Assembly: GCA_964492745.1 (NCBI GenBank)
Contig: CAZBLT010000008.1
Span: 8,239 to 72,238 of the forward strand
Direction: 5' to 3'
DNA: 64,000 nt
Origin: an uncultured Anaerolineaceae bacterium
GTDB taxonomy: Bacteria > Chloroflexota > Anaerolineae > Anaerolineales > E44-bin32
Position numbers and translations under genes: made by a program. Position 1 is the first letter of the stretch. Every line of letters starts with the position of its first letter. The notes beneath the pieces were generated by a model, which saw nothing but the letters and a program-made list of their open reading frames with translations, was not told the DNA's origin and did not search any database. This document shows, piece after piece, positions 63,082 through 64,000 of the stretch.

Positions 63082-64000
63082 ATGGACAGGGGACGTTTTG
63101 CTGAAGAGGCCCTGGTGCATGCATGGCCGATATTTGCCCAGATCGCGCCTTTGCGGAGTGCGGCGGTCCGAGCTGGAGAAGCCTACATCCATCTGGCGCA
63201 AAAGAGACCGCATAGCAAGGAACATTATCCGCCCGGCGTGCTGGAGGATCGTGCTTGCATGGGGCAGGCCATTCTCCACACCGCAGAGAGGCTATTGGCC
63301 TACGACCCCGCTCCGGCTGTTCGGCGAGCCGCGTTTCGCATCCTGGTTCAGAGGATTCTCTTCGAGGGCGTGGATAGGCGCGCCGCGGAGCGTTTCCGGA
63401 CTACAAGGGGGACATACCCGCCCGGTTTTCTAACGATCAGCCCTGGCAAAGCCTGCAATCTGCAATGCATTGGCTGCTACGCAGACGCAGGTCCCAACTC
63501 GGAGAAGCTGGATTGGCTCACATTTGACCGCGTTCTCGAAGAGGCCGAAGCGTTGTGGGGTGTCCCCTTTATCGTGATCAGCGGAGGAGAACCCCTGGCC
63601 TACCGCTCCGAGGGAAAGGGCATCCTAGATGCTGCCGAGAAGCACCATGATGTCTTTTTCTTGATGTATACGAACGGCACGCTGATTGACGATCGTGTGG
63701 CTGCCCGGATGGCGGAGATCGGCAACCTGACACCTGCGCTCTCAGTTGAGGGTTGGCGGGAGCGCACTGACGCGCGCCGCGGCGCGGGCGTATTCGACAA
63801 AGTAGTGGCCGCCATGGGGCGGCTGCGCGCCGCAGGCGCTCCCTTTGGCGTTTCGCTTACCGCCACACGGGAGAACGCCGAGGAGATCCTTTCAGACGAT
63901 TTCATCGACTTCTTCTTTGAGGAGCAGGGCGCGTTATACGGCTGGATCTTCCACTACATGCCCATTGGTCGGCGCTTCACCCTCGACCTGATGCCTACAC
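63082..64000 (+). CDS. radical SAM protein with ~120-aa N-terminal extension (3' end outside window)
   Basis: Not in the ORF track because it is open at the window end. Frame 1 is open from TGA 63070-63072. ATG 63082 is preceded by GAAGGGA. CX3CX2C = CNLQCIGC (63454-63477). Also GGEP, FFLMYTNGTLI, VEGWRERTDARRGAGVF, FHYMPIGR. Confidence 0.8.
   Translation, partial: MDRGRFAEEALVHAWPIFAQIAPLRSAAVRAGEAYIHLAQKRPHSKEHYPPGVLEDRACMGQAILHTAERLLAYDPAPAVRRAAFRILVQRILFEGVDRRAAERFRTTRGTYPPGFLTISPGKACNLQCIGCYADAGPNSEKLDWLTFDRVLEEAEALWGVPFIVISGGEPLAYRSEGKGILDAAEKHHDVFFLMYTNGTLIDDRVAARMAEIGNLTPALSVEGWRERTDARRGAGVFDKVVAAMGRLRAAGAPFGVSLTATRENAEEILSDDFIDFFFEEQGALYGWIFHYMPIGRRFTLDLMPT

Overview
GC-rich (about 60-65% by eye) bacterial chromosomal segment. 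Gene content resembles a Chloroflexota-type genome, but the taxon cannot be verified from here. Most of it is core metabolism and housekeeping. In order: the 3' part of icd and nth; a hypothetical membrane protein; an ADP-ribosylglycohydrolase; a decayed helicase-nuclease/transposase remnant; a 12.6-kb co-directional branched-chain amino acid (BCAA) cluster ilvD-ilvB-ilvN-ilvC-leuA-leuC-leuD-cimA-leuB-ilvE (5413-17983); an MBL-fold hydrolase; an MFS transporter; an orphan GAF histidine kinase; dnaN; a PEP/pyruvate-binding protein; pcm; a Moco oxidoreductase; and a DUF4139 lipoprotein. A long minus-strand string of envelope-type genes follows (YtrA-like GntR, SPFH, DUF4177, YhfC-like, ABC-2 transporter, Zn-ribbon membrane protein, methyltransferase, PspC, LiaF-like). 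Then come pdxS-(PNPOx-like)-pdxT-GNAT-like-Ycf45-like ATPase-tmk, gmk, rhomboid, an FNR-type reductase, a lipA-led minus-strand cluster, a formate/nitrite transporter, a MrfA/DUF1998-type helicase, xthA, dtxR-feoABC and an M23 peptidase. The window ends in a patchy lower-GC region holding an ISAs1-like remnant, a wHTH regulator, DegV, a phasin-like protein and a radical SAM gene cut by the window edge. No rRNA, tRNA or CRISPR array was recognised. The most notable observations are: (1) two tandem small Ile/Leu/Val-rich ORFs, each followed by an intrinsic terminator with a competing alternative pairing, directly upstream of the BCAA cluster, which are candidate ribosome-mediated attenuators; (2) an in-frame TAA that cuts off the last 42 codons of cimA; (3) a 90-bp repeat present twice, one copy supplying a near-consensus promoter; (4) six phased TTGTA repeats in the promoter and 5' UTR of the GntR-led operon; (5) an HNH motif embedded in the DUF1998 helicase; (6) xthA appended to a DtxR/feoABC operon. 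Nothing here was confirmed by search or folding software. All family calls come from motif recognition by eye.
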